Positions 61,801-64,000 of a stretch of 64,000 nucleotides of DNA are shown one piece after another; within the stretch, counting starts at the first letter, position 1; each line of letters starts with the position of its first letter. Below the pieces are notes generated by a model. It made no database searches. It was not told the origin of the DNA and saw only the letters and a program-made list of their open reading frames with translations. Origin of the DNA: Anolis carolinensis (Eukaryota); the NCBI RefSeq assembly GCF_035594765.1, contig NC_085844.1, positions 136,028,622 through 136,092,621 on the forward strand, written 5' to 3'. The translations under genes were made by a program, and so were the position numbers.

Positions 61801-63892
61801 TGCCCATTCTCCTGGGTAGGAGAGAAGAGGGACATCTGTCGTGCCATTTTTTTGTTTCCTTGGGATTCCTCTATGTCCTCCCTACAAGGACCCTAGCTCC
61901 TCTTATTAGAAGACATTATGACTCAGCCCCAGACTCTCAGTGGGGTTTCTTGTTTGGAGGCTCTGCATTAACTCACCTTTCTTCTTTTCCTACATGCTGT
62001 GCTTGACAAAGGGACAGGTAAGGCCCCCCTTTCCTTCTGCAGCAAAGGCAAACACTTGGAGCCCTGCCCTTGCTCACTGGGCTCTCCTCTCCTTGCAGGG
62101 ATTTTGCTTTCGTTGCCAGTGACAAGGACACGTGTGTGCTGAAGTGCCATGTCTTCCACTGCAATGTGCCTGCCAAGGCCATTGCCAAAGCCCTGCATGA
62201 AATGTGCTCCAAGGTACCCCTCCTGACTTGTGGCACAGTCCCTTTATGTGCATGCACACCTGAGGGAAGGAGGGTGTCTGGGCCCTGCAGTGCAGCCCCA
62301 GGAGTCCCAGTGCCAGGAGTCCCCAGTCTTTAGCCAGTACAGTTTTGTCCAGGGTTTCTAGTAGCTGGAAATTGTTCCTTTGTACCATCAACTCATCAGA
62401 CCTTTTACTTCATGGTCAGAACTAGATTTGTAGCCATTGCTATGTTGGGTCAAAGCTACAAAGAAAGTTGCAGTCTTATGTATGCTTATTCGGTTAGTAC
62501 ATCAGCCAAGTAGCATTTACTGTACTTCTACATAAACTGATCTAGGACCAGGCTACATTTATTAAAGCAAGGGGTTTTTCTTTTAAATACTTATTTTTGA
62601 CAATAGTTGAGGATTAGATTATCTATGCACTCGTTGTCATTAATTGGTCCTCTCCTTGGCTAATATATTGAAAGAGGTTCCTTCTTGAAACTTCTCACCA
62701 ACTCAACTTGAGATAGTTGCTCCCAAACTGTCATGCCTTTTTTCTCTCTTGCAGATCATGGCTGAGCGAGCAGTGGCAAGTAACAACCTCAGTAGATCTG
62801 TTACCCTTGAACCTCTCACTCCGGATGCCTTATCTCCGCAAGGTATCCATTTTATATTCACCAAATCCCATTCTAGTGCAAAAATAGAATCATAGAATAA
62901 CAGTTAGAAGAGACCACATGGGCCATCTAGTCCAACCTCTTGCCATGCATTTTCTCTTATCCTTTCCTCAGGAAATTGATCTTGAGTTCTGATATAAACA
63001 ATCTCCCCTGTATTTTCATAAATAGTGTATTAAGTTTTTTTAAAAAAGCAAATAGCTACATTTGTTACCACTTATGGCAGATTTACTTCCTCCTGCTGTA
63101 TGGAATAGAAAATATGCAGAGCAATTCCTTTGAGGTGAGTACTTCCTGTGAGGCTTTTGCAAGGCTACATTCATGGCTGACCCTCTCATTCAAAAAGGGA
63201 AATAACATCCCTTTTAACCTTTTCCTTCTGTTTTTATGATCCACACTATGGATTTTAATAAATTTTATGGGATGCCATTCTCTCCATTCAAAATGGATAT
63301 CAGTGACAATCATGAAAGCTCATTTTCACAGTCATTCGGGAGGTAGGAGGGAACCCTGACAGAGGCACACTAAAAGACAGAGCACTACCGTCAGCCACTT
63401 GCTCCACCAGAAAAACACAGCAGCACTCACTGCCAGGCAGAAGCTTCCATGTTTTTGGCCATCTGGGAAAGGCAGTTTCACTATCATACTGTACTCATTT
63501 TCAAACATGGGGGAAAGAACTGGCACCGTCTTGCTTGTACTCCTGATCCATATGGCCTTTAGTAGAGAGTTTGGTAGCTCCTACAGAACATATGCATCTC
63601 AACTCATGGGTCTTTTTTCTGATGAAAAATGTGGTGATGTGGGGATCTTTAGCTTGAACTCAGTGAGACTTGCCTTAGATCAGGCTGGAAAGTGACTGGC
63701 TCCTTCCAGCTGCCGTATTTCAGAACCTTCTCTTCCTTAATGCCCTGGGATTTATTGGCTGAACAGTAGCATGGAGAGGCTGTGCTCACTGTCCTTTGCT
63801 CCTGGCAGTTGACATTCTGGATGCCGCGAGAGGGTCTGTCCAGAAATATGAAGCTTTGTATATTGGCAGCTTACCAGTGACCAAACCCATGG
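41595..63892 (+). CDS. APBB3: Amyloid-beta precursor protein-binding family B member 3 (FE65L2); WW, PTB1 and start of PTB2; 3' end outside the window
   Basis: Exons 41595-41643 ([16 protein letters not shown]), 57116-57294 (WW: [29 protein letters not shown]), 59103-59182, 59668-59728, 60727-60873 ([33 protein letters not shown]), 61665-61792, 62012-62017 (microexon), 62099-62213, 62755-62842, 63809-63892. Phases are consistent. Confidence 0.95.
42372..42693. mobile_element. Tc1/pogo MITE, complete
   Basis: TIRs and TA TSD as at 10520-10842. Confidence 0.9.
46836..46880 (+). repeat. (TTA)n microsatellite (tail of a - strand L2-type element)
   Basis: attattatt run followed by the reverse complement of an L2 3' end. 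Confidence 0.8.
47161..47755. mobile_element. hAT-type non-autonomous element
   Basis: TIRs caggcatgggtaaact / agtttgcccatgcctg, 8-bp TSD atctacac/atctacat; shorter relatives at ~38052-38183 and ~42192-42307. Confidence 0.8.
49528..50183 (-). mobile_element. CR1 LINE 3' fragment
   Basis: ORF 49604-49870 ([31 protein letters not shown]) and (ATCATAGA)n tail. Confidence 0.9.
55616..55756 (+). mobile_element. Sauria SINE 3' fragment
   Basis: ggggaaacctttacctt tail. Confidence 0.75.
56331..56470. mobile_element. Palindromic MITE (gggcccttccacacagc ... gctgtgtggaaggggcc)
   Basis: Relatives at ~37398-37546 and ~45477-45616. Confidence 0.7.
57651..57937. mobile_element. hAT-type MITE (inverted relative of 11796-12085)
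   Basis: Perfect 8-bp TSD agaagcat. Confidence 0.85.
62012..62017 (+). CDS. APBB3: APBB3 6-nt microexon GGACAG (adds DR in PTB1)
   Basis: ...tgctgtgcttgacaaag|GGACAG|gtaagg; frame-preserving. Confidence 0.8.
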
Positions 63893-64000
63893 GTAGGTAG
63901 TTCTCGTTGTATTCTGCAACCTGTATTTGTGTATGATGGGCTGCTCTGTGCTTAGTAGAGGAGGTTAGTAGCTGTATTGGCTGGTTTTGATGCTTCTGGG

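Overview
Vertebrate genomic DNA from a squamate reptile, most likely an Anolis lizard (Sauria SINEs, BovB/RTE, CR1, L2, Penelope, many hAT and Tc1/pogo MITEs). It holds three spliced genes that the ORF track mostly misses. (1) A + strand 15-exon gene (1399-26730, about 557 aa, reconstructed by hand from GT-AG junctions). It encodes a kinesin motor-like domain with P-loop, switch I, switch II and the alpha4/L12 microtubule-binding motifs all degenerate, then coiled coils and a C-terminal LC8-type TQT motif. This apparent 'pseudo-kinesin' is the main novel candidate. (2) The - strand SLC35A4 locus, with a 103-aa three-exon upstream microprotein ORF and an intronless 324-aa nucleotide-sugar-transporter ORF. 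(3) The 5' part of APBB3 (FE65L2) on the + strand, divergent from SLC35A4 and including a 6-nt PTB1 microexon. A Penelope fragment in SLC35A4 intron 1 carries minimal hammerhead ribozyme relics. Family assignments come from manual motif recognition; no database search was run.
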